In this document: positions 1 to 12,689 of the stretch, piece by piece
How the letters are laid out: each line of letters starts with the position of its first letter
Position numbering within the stretch: position 1 is the first letter of the stretch
Assembly (NCBI GenBank): GCA_020891255.1
Contig: BQFW01000013.1
Coordinates: forward strand, 2,480,001-2,544,000
Direction: 5' to 3'
DNA: 64,000 nucleotides
Origin: Entomortierella parvispora E1425
Taxonomy: Eukaryota; Fungi; Mortierellomycota
Notes under the pieces: model-generated
What the model saw: the letters and a program-made list of their open reading frames with translations, nothing else
Database searches by the model: none
Told to the model about the DNA's origin: nothing
Translations under genes and position numbers: made by a program

Positions 1-2628
1 GGATCCACTATTCAAAACGACTGGCGGCTGCGATTTTTAGAGAACTGGGCGGAGTCAACTCTATCGAATATGTCTCGACGGCAGATTTCAAAACCTCGGG
101 TTGGATGGAAGAGTTCTTTTCAATGGATGCTGTCGTCAAACTTCGTCGAGAGTCTGGCCCTCTGGTACGCTCTGGCAGTCAATACAGGTTCGCTCATCGG
201 TCCATCCTCGAGTATTTCTTTTCCTGTCTGGTGTTTGAGCCCAGGAATAATTCAATCGGTCTCAACTATGCAGGAGAGGATCAGGGCAATCTCGATCTGG
301 CAAATTTTCTTGATCCGACCGTCAACCCCTCTTTGATTGCCAACCATCCCTTTGGACTGGTGGACCTTGTCTCGGAGCCGTCGATCCTTCATTTTCTCGT
401 AGAGCGTGTTCGGCAGAGCACACCCTTCAAAGAGCAGCTGGATCGGATCATTCGCCTTTCCAAAATTGAGCCCGCTGTTGGTCGAGCATCGGCCAATGCC
501 ATAACGATTTTGGTCAAAGCAGGGGTCCTCTTTAATGGTGTTGATATTCAAGGGATTCGGATCCCAGGGGCTGACCTCTCTGAGGGACAGTTTGATTCTG
601 CTCAGATCCAAGGCGCAGACTTGACAGGTGTCCGACTCAAAAGGACGTGGATGCGACAGGCTGATCTCAGTGGGGCGACGATGACTGCGGTTTGGGGAAA
701 AGACATATGTGAAGATTCCCGATCTTTGCTGTATAGCGACCTCATTAGATGGAAGGATACTTGCTGCAGGAAGCTATAAAGGACACGTTCAAGTGCATGA
801 CATTTTCAACCATCGCCCTCTTGTCACTTTCGAAGGACATTCTGGTCACGTCGGAAGTGTGGCCATTTCCAATGACAGTTTGGCTATTGTATCAGGCGGT
901 GAGGATCGGACTGTACGCACCTGGCACTTGGAGGGTGACAATGCCCGCGTGTTCCAGGGACATGAGGGCACTGTCTGCAGTGTTGCTTTTGCACCTCACT
1001 GTGGGCACGTTGTATCTGCAAGTAATGACAGCACTGCCAGGGTCTGGGACATTGAAACTGGATCATGTGTGCACATCCTGAAGATCCTTTTGTCTTTTCA
1101 GCCTGTCGTGGCTTGGTCTCCTTGTGGACGTCAGATCGTGACTGGAACTACGACCTTGATGCTGTGGAATGCTGAAACCGGAGAGCTCGAACGGATCCTG
1201 GCTGGGGAGGGGGCACACTGCGTCGCTTATTCACGCAAAGGCAAACTTCTTGCAGGATCTAGCTCGAAACTCACGATCTGGAACCTTGCATCCGACAATG
1301 GAGACAACAAACCAGTTATCATGAAAGGAACCAGCAGCTTTCAAAGCGCAGTCTTTTCTCAAGATGAGCAGACCATAGCGGTAGCATGCTCTGGCGACTC
1401 TTTGCAGCTCTGAGACGGATCGTCAGGAACGCACCTCGCCACCCTCAATGGTCACTCTAGCGCTGTTTTTGGACTGGCATTTTTAAAGAAGCAGGAACTT
1501 TTGTCCGCCAGTCAGGACGGCACCATTCGATTTTGGCAGCTGGATGATGAATTGGACTTGGAGGAAAGCTCTTTTCATGCGGCAAGTCAAGATTGGAAAA
1601 GTCATAGAGCTCAGATCAATAGTCTGGTGTATGGTCGAGACAGCAGCTATATTCTCTCTGCTGGAAATGATGACTGGTTCCTTAAGTGGAACACCAAGAC
1701 AGGAAGCTGTAACCGATTCTTGAAGGTCGGCTTTGGAGCGACAATGGTCATTTCACCAAGTTGCCGACAACTGGTGGTGACAGAGAGCTGGGGTGATCTC
1801 AAAGTGTATCAGCTCGGCGGCATAGACAAGCCCAAAGTTGACGATCGTCTTTGCTGCGGAGCTTCACAGGCAACGTTCTCTTCCTGTGGCGAATGGATGG
1901 CTACCTCGAAGGAGAGCAATGATATCGTCAGTCTGTGGAATGTACGGTCAGGAAAAGAGGAAAGACTGCTGGAAGGGAAAGCTGGCCCTTTTATGAAATT
2001 GGCATTCTCACCCGACAGTCGTCAGCTCATCTCGTTATGCCTGGATCAAACAATTCAACTCTGGGACATTGAAAGAGCCTCGTGCACAGAAGAGCTCGAC
2101 TTTATTGGATACTATGCTTCGTTTTCACCTTGTGGGCGTATGATTGCCATTTTGACCGAGGATTCTGTCCGTCTCTGGGATCTTCAGGAGAAGAGGGATC
2201 TGGTGTCTTTGGAGGGACTTGGGGAATCAGCCCATTGTATTGAGTGGTCGCCCTGTGGTGGATGGATCGCAGCGGGCTGTGAAGATGGCACGGTGCATCT
2301 CTGGAGACTTTTCAAGGAGGGATCAGAGCTCAAGACTGCCAATGTGATTGTGATCCAGGACTTTTTGGGACCGGTTCGATGTCTGATCTGGAGTCCATTG
2401 GGACCTTTGGAGTTTGCGACTGGTTGTGACGATGGCTCTCTCTGTCTCTGGAGGATTGTTCAATTCTACGAGGGTGGATATCGTGCTCAGTTGGTCTGGG
2501 GCTCTTTGGCCGGTCGATTAACAGCTACTGGAGCTCGGGTAGACTCTATAAACGGTTTGACAAACACTCAGAAAGATCTTCTGATACAGAGAGGCGCCAT
2601 TTACAAAGTGACAGAATGGGGTTCATAG
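1..2628 (+). pseudogene. C-terminal part of a Mortierellaceae-type (NACHT)-pentapeptide-WD40 protein, 5'-partial and disrupted
   Basis: Frame open from the window start through QYRFAHRSILEY and pentapeptide repeats (ADLSEGQFDSAQIQGADLTGVRLKRTWMRQADLSGATM). It continues as WD40 repeats (GHSGHVGSVAISND...VRTW; GHEGTVCSVAF...ARVWD). A frameshift lies near 685-695. An in-frame TGA at 1411-1413 replaces the Trp of a WD 'LQLWD', and the frame continues unbroken to 1501-2628. The NACHT domain is inferred to lie left of the window. Confidence 0.85.
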
Positions 2629-3574
2629 CCTCTATGTAGATCATTTCAGTTGTCCCAATAAAAAGTAGTCGTGAGTCGTGTAGACACGCATGCCTTGACC
2701 ACCTTAGATCTGTCTCTGAAGTTCAATCAGCCCAAGCATCATATGAACTTTTTGGAAAGAATATTGAGTAGACAATCTTATAAAAGGGCGACTTTCTTTG
2801 GAGTCGTCTACAAGCTGCTTTATTGATGATATAGTCCTGCAGACAGAGATGCGGGGCCACTGGAAAATCGTTGACCAAGGACCACACTCTTAGTCTATGA
2901 TACTTTAATCACTTGCGACCTTCTCGCGCCGTTTGATGTCCTCCAGCTTGGAATCCGGCGGATCTTTAGGAGTTTGCGGTCAATTGAGTTGATGGTCCCG
3001 TGTGTGTTTGGATTATTGCTGGACATTCGGGTTCATTTGGTAGAGGGCTCTTAAGTTGCTCGACCGCCATTTTTTGGGTGTTGGGCATGCAAAGAGGCGC
3101 TATTGAAAGCTCCTCCGATCTGGACATGGACCCCTCACAAATCATCAACGTCTCGAGAACGACGACAAAGAAAAGCGAGAGACAACACCTACCCTCATAG
3201 GATCTCTTTTTGGCGTGAGATGACAGATTTCGGATTCAAGTCTTCCTTGGCTTTGTCGCGCCAACCCAGAGAGGATGGCTGGTCAGTCTGGCAGATAACT
3301 ATTGGAAAAGAGCTGGCCAAAAAAAAAAAAAAAAAGGTTGGTGGCCAGATTAACAGTGCTGCGGTTAGAATCGGAAACAGAACAAGGGCCTGTCTCTAGG
3401 TGGGGATTGGACGCGGTGGCAGAGGTGAAGAAGGTCAAGGCGAACAACGTAACTATGGTTGCAAACAGGTTTCAAGGAATAGGAATGAAACCAGTGCGAA
3501 GAAATGAGAAAAAGTTGAGATTTGCACGAGGAAAGGACATGCACGGGCCAGGGCTTGGTGGGCCTGGTGGGCAG

Positions 3575-4320
3575 TTTGGTCACGTGCACGCTGGCGTAGC
3601 GCAATGTCCTCCCATTGACCCAAGGCCATTCAACTCTTCCATCCTTTTCTTTCTCCAACACACCGTCCTTGATCACACAAAGGCCCTCTCTTTCGAGGTT
3701 GCGTTGGGAAATCAGCTCCGACAGAATCTCATTCATAGCGTCTGAAAGACGATGCAAGGTAAAGTGTGCGCCATTTCTTTCATCAACGTCATTGGAGAAA
3801 GAACTTGTTCACATGCTGCACTTCAGTTGTTTCGACATCATCTCGGCAACTGGCTCCACTCCTTTCTGCTTTATTCTGACATCCTTTGTGACGGACCTGT
3901 CTCTAATATCCTTCTTTCTTATATATCTAGCTCTTGAAATCCGGCCCATCTCTTTGTGATGGAGAGTTGCAAGAGATTTTGACTGAGAGCGATCTCGGAA
4001 GAAGGACTCTTCACTGTCTCCAAAACAATTGCAATGGTGGCAAAACATATGGGGTAGCTGAAGGCCACAATCCTCCTGCCCTCAGTAGTCGAATTAATCG
4101 ACGCTTCGAAAAGGCACAATCTTCTGTCGACAAAAAGGTGAACGGGACCACTGATGTCATTGCTATAGACGCTGCCGATGTATTGGACGACAATTACACA
4201 AGCGGAGTACGGCTGTGCTTGGAGTTGAAAAGGAAGGTTTCCGAAGGACATACCGCACAGGCCATTCTTCAACTTCTGGCAGCGGGCCAAAATCCAATTA
4301 CAACCCTATTGTTGTCCTAA
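3575..4320 (+). pseudogene. Degenerate gene remnant, copy A of a local duplication
   Basis: Shares TTTGGTCACGTGC, a GCAAGGTAAAGT donor-like site and a 63-nt block (3824-3886) with 5563-5837 (58/63 identical). Contains in-frame stops. Product not recognised. Confidence 0.4.
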
Positions 4321-4834
4321 CGGATCTAAACAACTCTTAACAATTTTTTTTGGTTGCAACCCCATGAAGTTGTAAGTTGCACACTTGGCCTACAATCCGT
4401 GGCTGCGTTATTACAATCAGTCGCGCGGACACCATGGCCAACGACAATTTCACCCGAGACGCCAAGGGCCAGGTGCTCCTTCCAGGAAGCTGTAGCCTGC
4501 CTCCTTTCTTCGAGGGCAAGAGAATCACTTTCTTGATTCTTTGAGTTGATTGGCCCTTCTTTCGTTTTTGTGTAACTTATTTCTCACTGGAAAGCAAAAA
4601 AAAAGCAGAAGAAAGGAGGGCGGCTAATTACTCCAAAACTTTGTATCTGATCTGAAAACACGGGAGCTCAGAAGTTAGTAAATATATGCTAAGTCTTCGC
4701 TTTCAACGACATTTTTGATATAGATTTGCGAAGGTTTTGCTGCGAGAAGAGTGAAGTTGCAGAAACGGGGAACAACCGAAAATGACTGTAAAGGGGGGTG
4801 TATGACGGACGATCGATTCCGGGATATTTTTTTT

Positions 4835-5385
4835 TTAGTTTTTCCAGATACTTGGCCGCGATCTCAATGAGGGTGAATACCTGGTATCCGGGGATGTTAG
4901 GTTTATCGTGATAATTGTCTTTTCCCGTGAATGCAGCGCATAGGGATAGTCCGGGTTGAGGAGCGTATTGAATGGCTGCACATAGTGAGCTTCATCCGTG
5001 CCGTCCTTGATCAACAGGTATCCTTCAGCAGTCCAGCTGGACTCCGATGGACTAGACAAAAATGCGTTCCTGGGTCGGTCATTATGACTCTTGGCTCACC
5101 GGTATCACCGAAGGAGGTTCCATTTCTCTCCTACGAGTACACTCAAACGAACGGCACCAGATTCTACATCTGAAAAAAGAAGTAAATGTTTAGTGGCCAA
5201 ATCAACGAAACTGCGGTCCAGCTCGAGAACAGAACAAGGTGTAGAGTGGACTTGTCTTTGCTAATTGCAAGTGTCGTCAAGACCTCTCCAGGTGGTGTAT
5301 CAGACGCTGTTACAGAGGTGAAGACATTCAAGACGAACAAAGTATAATAAACTAGAGCTACAAACAGCTTGTCCGAGTCTTTCAT
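4835..5385 (-). pseudogene. Possible small secreted-protein gene remnant
   Basis: Signal-peptide-like start (MKDSDKLFVALVYYTLFVLNVFTSVTA) and an intron-like segment ending TTTTTTCAG; downstream frames are broken by stops and frameshifts. Confidence 0.25.
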
Positions 5386-5562
5386 TTAAAAGGAATGAGG
5401 ATTGAAACGAGTGCGAAAATGCGAGAAGAAAAAAAAGAGATGCGGAGGAGATGAGATGAGATGAGGAGAGGGGGGGCATGACCTGAGAAAAGCTTGAACG
5501 GAGGAATAGAATCTAGAAGAAAGAAACGTGGTGGCATGTGAATGCCATGCACGAGCCAGTGG

Positions 5563-5837
5563 TTTGGTCACGTGCGCGCTGGCGCCTGCGCAAGGTTCAT
5601 TCATCTCTTCATCCTTTTCTTTCTCCATGTCTGAGTATGACACTGTTTTGCACCATCCTTGGTTACACAAGGGTCCTCTCTGTCGGTTCTCCGTTGAAGA
5701 ACTCAGTTTGAAAGAGTCTCATCCATACCGTACTCCTGACGGCGCAAGGTAAAGTCTGCGCCATTTCTGCTATTCAGTTGTTTGGACATCATCTCGGCAA
5801 CCGACTCCACTTTTTTCTGCTTTATTCTGACATCCTT
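5563..5837 (+). pseudogene. Degenerate gene remnant, copy B of a local duplication
   Basis: Paralogous to 3575-3886; 5775-5837 matches 3824-3886 at 58/63 nt. Confidence 0.4.
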
Positions 5838-6264
5838 CACTACTGCCGTGATAGACGCAGCCCTGAGGAGATGAGTAATGGCTAGAAAAAGACGGTATCC
5901 AACTTCAGAAAGAAAGTGTCGAAACATGGCTAAGACTCTCTCGAAATTGAGGTCAGATGTATCAAAGCTCAAACCGGGAATCAAGGATAGAACGATGGAT
6001 TAAGCTATGGTATGAGTAGCAGTCAACTTGAAGAGCTGGATATCAAGGTGCTGGAAATGGCCGACGCGGTCCCGTCAGTGGCATTGTGGGACACAGTGGC
6101 GCGGCTTCTGGTGCATGTGCTGGACGCGAATTGGGTGTCTTAGCTGAAAAGGACCCATTGTTCCAGCCCATGTAAAGCGATCCGGCACTTTTCAGGACGC
6201 GAGAGACTGGAGCAGTGACCTTTCATGAAATTCACCTCTAGATCAAGTTTATTGCACAAACTAC

Positions 6265-7939
6265 TTATACTTGTAACGACAGCTGGACTGCAGCTGGCGC
6301 CGTGCCTGGTGTCGCTTCCTCCATGGCCCTTGGATGAAAGGCACCAACCGTCAGGGAGCTGTCCGTCATTGCTTTTGGCATGAAACCATATGCAGTCTCA
6401 CCCATTTGAGCCATATCTGTACCCATCTCCTCCTCATTCTCATCCAGTCGCAGACGCAGGCCCGGGATACGATTCATGATACTCAGAATTACGTAGGTGC
6501 CACAGAAACTCCACGCGGTCACAGAGCCAATCGCGGCCATCTGGATCAAGATGCGGTGATAGTCGCCGTCGAGAAAGCCGCCGAGAGGGACATCAGTGGC
6601 GCCTACAGGGTATGAAAGACCGATGATGGACTGCTGAGCAAAAATACCTGTCAACAGCAATCCCACAAGGCCTCCGACGTAGTGGACCGCAAACACATCT
6701 AAAGCATCATCGAAATGATACTTGGACTTCCAGGCTACGCATATGTTGCAGATAACCGAACCTAACACCCCAAAGACCAAGGATGATGCTCCAGAGACGT
6801 AACCAGAGCCAGGAGTGATTGTAGCTAACCCGGCCACGGCACCGGTGCAATAACCGATCAAGGAAAGCTTTTTTTCATGACGATAATCAAGTAGCACCCA
6901 CACAAGTCCTCCAACGCTGCCGGCCAAATGGGTATTGATCAATGCTTGGACTGCACGCGCGTTAGCAGCCAGAGCCGAGCCAGCGTTGAATCCGAACCAT
7001 CCGAACCACAGCAGACCGGTTCCAATGTAAACAAAGGAAACATTATGGGGTTGGGATGTTTTGCCGTAGTCCTTGCGCTTGCCCAGCACGAGAGCGTAGG
7101 CCACAGCGGCAGATCCCGAGGAGATGTGGACGGGAGTACCTCCTGCGTAGTCCATGATGCCACGAACGGACAGCCATCCGTTGGGGGACCAGATCCAATA
7201 AGTCGTGATGTTATAGATGAGAGTGGACCAGATGAACAGAAAGAGGATAGAAGGGCCCATCTTCATACGCTCTGCTGAAGCACCAAAGGCGAGAGCAGGG
7301 GTGATGCAGGCAAACATGAGCTGGAAGATGAAGAATGTCGAGGAGGGGATATTGGGCGCGTTTGGGTGGGTATTCCAGCCAACGTTCTTGCCCACGAAAT
7401 GGGCCAAGTTGCCAACGAATGGCCCGCCAGTCTCGGAGAACGTGAGAGAATAGCCCCAGAAAAACCACTGAGAGAAGATTGCATAGAAGGTCCGCATTAG
7501 AAGCGAGAACACGGCAAACCATTCCGCAGCAGATTCTGCTAACTGTAACCAGCTCAACTCTCACCTGAATAGACACGACGGATACGGCGATCATGGTCAA
7601 GAACATGAGCGACAATGCATTTTTGGCACGGGCAAGTCCACTATAGAAAAGACCCAGTCCCGGGCACTATACACAGAGGGCAGTAGAGATGTTACTTGTC
7701 TCGTCATAAAGTACAATGGGTGATGGGGAATGTGGAACATGAGGCATCGAAATACATGTATGCAGCACTGCAATGCTTACCATTAAAAAAACGAGAGCCG
7801 TCGCCATCTACATTCAAGAGACATAGACTCAGATTAGTCCATGTACACAACCAGAGGCAAAAAGTAGACAATGCATCCTCTTATTTACCAGAATCCAGGC
7901 AATGGAGCCTGAATCGTAGTTGGGAGTTGAAGTGTCCAT
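6265..7939 (-). CDS. MEP/AMT: Ammonium transporter (Amt/MEP family), spliced
   Basis: Spliced N-terminus MDTSTPNYDSGSIAWIL|MATALVFLM|CPGLGLFYSGLARAKNALS. Family motifs FQLMFACITPAL.FGA.AER, DYAGGTPVH, LLWFGWFGFNAGS and DDALDVFAVH. Confidence 0.97.
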
Positions 7940-10900
7940 GGTGCTTGGAGATGAACTGTGAACGAGCGACTACGCAAGGAAGGGGGAAGGCTGGTAGAAA
8001 TAAAGTGGAACGGGAAGAAGGTGCGGGTGGGCAGTTGAGGGTATTTAAGTAAGGAGCGTTCGGAGCTGGAGGAAGCAGGTTCAGTCAGAAGTTGTCCTTT
8101 GAGCAGACCAGTCAACGGACGATATCGGTTGCTGAAAAGTGGATGAATGGGAGGCACCCAACAAATGAAATTCCCTCTGTCGTCTTTCAGGCACCGAAAG
8201 AAACCCCTCTCACAACACAACACAATCCAGACCCTATGGACGAGGGGAATACAGTCGTTTTCAGACAACATTGCCCTTGTCATCAGTTCAATTTGGACAG
8301 CCAGGTTTTCTCTGTTACACCATTTAGTGGCCAAAATGATCTTTAGAAAAAGGGCAACTGTTTCGAGAATGACTGTATCAACTTCACATCCCCAACCCGT
8401 CAACACTCTTATCCCTTGTGTGGAGAGATCCATGGAGTCCGTCCGCACGTATCAGAAAAAGGGACAACACCGTTACTGATCACGACGGAAGATTTTTAAA
8501 ATGTCCCCACACAAACAAAGGGAACAAAAACAATTGGATTTTGAGGCCTAGACCAAACAGCTGACCGCCCTTTCCCATTGGCAGCTGCGCTGTCAGGGGC
8601 TTTCATATTATGATGGTCCCTGCCCAATCCAGCAACCGTAATACCGGTTGGTTGCCCCTTGTATATATACTTGACGTCTCGTACCGGTACATAGTTTAGG
8701 ACGACACAAACTGAAGTCTTCTTGTCTGAATGAATTGGTCGGTGTAAAGAAAGAAAAAAAAGGGTGGGAGAAGTGGCAAACAGAAAGGCTGAGTGGAGAG
8801 CACAACCCCGCAAAAGCTAACTCGAAGTAAAGTACCGGTACAAACATGTACATCCCGCCGTAGAAGAGTCCATGAACGTAAAAGATCGGGCACTGAACGA
8901 GTGGGGTGAACCCAGCGAGTGTCGACCAGTGGCACGACAGCTTTTTGACAGGAATCGTGCCCACGTGGTACAAATCCCATTGGACCCTGGTGGCTTAGCA
9001 GCCCACGGACCTGATCTGATCTGTGACTGTCACTTAGAAATCGCACAGCCACTAAAACCAAGTGGTAACTGGAAACGAGGATAACTGCCTCAGTGCGCTC
9101 TCTGTCTGCATTTGGTTGCACTTTCTTGTTCTCGCCAATCATCGAGAATCGCAGCGAGCTCTTCGAATTCCACAGCCACCTCACTCCATGTTGACATGTT
9201 GATGTATCGGGTTCCCCTTTGTCAACATCATTAAGGTCCTTCTTCGCAGAATGATAGTGCTTGATGACCTCGCGTCTAGAACCTCGAGCGTTTCGAGCGT
9301 TTCGAGCGTTTCCAATGCTGATCCTAGAGACCTTTATGAAGAGGGCAGCATGCTGAACCCGCTGGATACAAAATTATATATAGAGTTTTCGATCAGCCAC
9401 TATTTTTTCAGATTCTCTACAACTTGTAGTGGTAAACACGGAAGGGATGGTGTAAGAAATAAGCAGAATGTGAAGGGAGTGAATAAAGGACAGCGGAAAG
9501 GTAGAGAGAAGGGAAGAAAGGAAGCAAATTCGGTGTCTATAAGTTGGGCAGGGTCATCATCCTCCTCTTCCCAAAGATTTTTTTTTTTATTTTTTCCCAC
9601 TTCCGCTTGTCCTTCCCTTGTGAACAATTTTCGATCCAGCAAAACAGACTTGTGCGACGCACTGCTGGCTTGGGCTTTGCCTTTGATTTGATTTTTGTCA
9701 TTTGTTTTACCTTTCGCTTTGCCTCACCTTGCTTCGTTATCAGCCCAACGTGGCTCTCATATAGCGAGGCGGAAAACCACATATCCCCTGATCTGGAGCC
9801 ATGGAGGTCCATTTTGAAGACCTCAATTGGCGATGTCCATTGTGGCCCAAACTGGAGGGAAACTAGAGCGCTTTGAACGTGCTTATTTTCGCGTCGTCAA
9901 AAAGTGTCCTCCTCCGAGTTGTCATTCCCTTCCTCCCTCTTTCATACGTCCTCCTTCACTTGTGAACAAATTTGTGCTATCTTATCATCCCTCTTCACCG
10001 CAGTGATGTCCTGGTAGTCCTGACAATGTGACAATTGCCAATGACTGCAAATATTTGTGCCTTTCGATTGTTTTTGCTCTGAGAATATTATTAAAAGTGT
10101 CATCGGATGTTAGAAAAGACCTGACAGCACCGACTGCACCACCCAATAAAAAAAAAAAAAAAAAGACTGTACGCCACCAAGTGTACATGACTCTGGTACG
10201 ACGCTACCAAGTTTGCACTATACGACAGTCTGCTGGGGTGAATTGCATGGTTACGGTATCGCGAGAAGCGTCGAGACTGGACTTGTTGGAGTTGAGAGGG
10301 AATGGAAGGCTAGTAAAAGGTTGGGCTCAAGAAAACGAAAATGACTCGCTCAGCGAGATCATTTTTGAGCAAGTCAGCAAAGGTCGGCGAGCACGCCTCA
10401 CTTTTTGGTTCATGACCCTCTACTCTCTTTCTCCACCACTAGCACGGCATGTCCAACTACTAGATTCGAGTCTTTCAAGTCTACATTATTCTCATTGCCA
10501 TTGCCCCAATTCTGAACCGAGGTGAAAGGAAAACGATGGTCGTTGCAGTGAGGGCCGCTCTCACGGCTGCGTCTTCGGAAATTAGGAGGGCGGGGGTGGA
10601 AGTCCTGCCTGGGCAAGTTGAAGCTGATCGAACTGTCACTGTGGATGGTGGACATGTTGCAGAAGTAGCCCAGGGGGATCCTCTTTGCCAAAGTTTTAAC
10701 GGGAACACAAGCAGATCAATTGGCTGAACACACTGGGTGAAAATGAAAAAAAAAAAAAAAAAAAAAAAGATTGATCAATTGATCAGTGTACAGCCTGACG
10801 ATGTTGTGAAGAAGGGTGGGCATCCTACTCATCACCTTGCAAACCTCTCTATTCGTCTGTTTACTAGCGTTTGCTAATAGTTCTCATGGTATTAAATACC

Positions 10901-11381
10901 TTCCTTTTCGTCATAGTTTTTACTCTGAGCAAATCAGAAACTTCTGTTCTCCTCAGGTGAAATGGGTGAAAGATGGAGGTGGAAGTGTTGGAGCGTGAGG
11001 GAGGAAAAGCCACTCTCACCGACAAATCTGCTGTAGTGCCCCCCTCCACCATCCTGTGTCTTTTCTCAGTCTCATTGCCAACTTTCATCACTGTACTTCT
11101 TTTTCTGTCAACATCAAATGGAGACACCAGGGAGATGAGCAATAAATGATTGTTACTATCCTCTATACAATTGACTATGGATGATTCTGGATGAAAGGAT
11201 GAATGAGAAAGGGTGGAAGGTTATAGTTTAAAGACCTTCGAGTATCGATCTATCAGATCTTGAAGGCAAAGAGTGAAATCCAGCGAGTTTCCCTCAATCA
11301 ACAGTTTACGTGATGAAATCGGAGCCCTCGAATAGGAACGGGCCTCTCTATGGAAAGAGGCTCATTGTCCATCCGCGTTCT

Positions 11382-12689
11382 TTAAACCTTGACATCATCG
11401 CGCTCACGGACCGCTTCGTTAAAGAAGCGCTTGAGCTTGCTGACAACGTTTTCGGGGGAGGGCCATTCGTACTCGGTTTTGGCGGTGAATTCTCTTGGGC
11501 CGGCCTCGACAAAGCCTGCCTTGGCAAACTCCATGGCTCGGCCTTTGTGGATGGCCAAGAACCCTTTCGTGTAAGAGTCCACCATATCGTTGAACGCCAA
11601 GGCCACAGGGTGGTCTGGGTTCTGTTTGGCACATTCTTCGGCAAAGATTCGCAACTGTGGACCGTTGGCGACGCTGAGAATGAAGATCTGGTGGTTGTAC
11701 TGAGTCTGCTGGAAAGCTTTGATGGATGTCTTGCCCAACTCTGTGGCAAAAGTCTTTCGGCCGAGGAAGGCATCGACCAGGTGAATACATGGGGCCTGGG
11801 GTCCAGAAAGTCCGAGGTGGCCGCCGTAGCCGGAGGTGTACTTCACAATGTCACGGTGCCAGACAACAGGATCAACTGTCTTCCGTGAGAGAAGCGCAAA
11901 GCCCTTGCACAGACGCTTGAATGTCTCCTTGGCTCTTGCGATTTCACGCAAAATCACTTCGACCAATTCGTCCTGCTCCGTGCTTGACGATGATGCCTGA
12001 TGAGAGTGGATCGCGCGTTGAGTGTTGGCAACAATGTCGGCCAAGTCGCTGACGCGGTACTCCATCATGGTGGGTGTATTGTGGAAACGGTTCTCGGCTT
12101 GGCCACGGATGCGGGAAGGTTCAAGGTCGTCCTTCTCCACCTCCTCGTAGGTAGGCGAGCTGTTGACAGGGCAGATCAGCTTGAGGTCGTCAAACGTGCA
12201 GTTGAGTAGGTCAGCGTCCTCGTTCACCAAGAAGGATGCTGTGAGACTCATGTCTGCGAGCGCACAGTAGGTTGGGCAGTGGCAGTAGACGGCGAAGCGG
12301 TCCATCGCGCCCTGAATATGATCAGGCAAAGGTTCTGGCTCTGGCATTTCTTGTGCGATGACACGGTCAAAATCGATGCAAGCCTGTGCGATGCAGAAGA
12401 CGATACTCTTTGTCTTCATAAAGGCATAGGGTTCATCGCGGCACTCTTCGTAAATGGCATCAACGTCCAATGGCTCCAGGTCTTGAACAAACTGCTCGCC
12501 GAGTTGTTTGTTGATGAAGCGATCAGGCAGTTCCTTCCAAAGGCTAAGCCACGCATCTGGCAGGACGACGCGAGCTTCGCCCATGGCCTTGGGGTCAAAC
12601 ATGAATCCGAATTCACGGGAGACGGGGCCGAGGCGTGGATCCATGCCCTGCTCCAGCCATTCCCAGGAAGTTTTTTGTGTGTCGGTCAT
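11382..12689 (-). CDS. Intronless heme enzyme of the indoleamine 2,3-dioxygenase / PrnB-like superfamily
   Basis: 435-aa ORF. IDO-like elements: VSREFGFM..P...LPDAW, LP..I...M, KYTSGY, GLSGPQAPCIHLVDAFLG (cf. IDO GGSA.QSS..Q.LD.LLG), and C-terminal AFN..V....F...H (proximal heme His). Recognised by eye. Confidence 0.7.
   Translation of the reverse strand: MTDTQKTSWEWLEQGMDPRLGPVSREFGFMFDPKAMGEARVVLPDAWLSLWKELPDRFINKQLGEQFVQDLEPLDVDAIYEECRDEPYAFMKTKSIVFCIAQACIDFDRVIAQEMPEPEPLPDHIQGAMDRFAVYCHCPTYCALADMSLTASFLVNEDADLLNCTFDDLKLICPVNSSPTYEEVEKDDLEPSRIRGQAENRFHNTPTMMEYRVSDLADIVANTQRAIHSHQASSSSTEQDELVEVILREIARAKETFKRLCKGFALLSRKTVDPVVWHRDIVKYTSGYGGHLGLSGPQAPCIHLVDAFLGRKTFATELGKTSIKAFQQTQYNHQIFILSVANGPQLRIFAEECAKQNPDHPVALAFNDMVDSYTKGFLAIHKGRAMEFAKAGFVEAGPREFTAKTEYEWPSPENVVSKLKRFFNEAVRERDDVKV

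Noticed and set aside
1411-1413. TGA as programmed readthrough or an alternative genetic code
   Set aside because: The same gene has an independent frameshift, and other genes here use TGG for Trp and TGA as stop; simple pseudogenisation fits better.
7940-11380. Numerous short ORFs, a 9-bp tandem (TCGAGCGTT) and a small inverted repeat (9188-9228) in the long intergenic region
   Set aside because: No coherent spliced model or recognisable motif; low-complexity composition.
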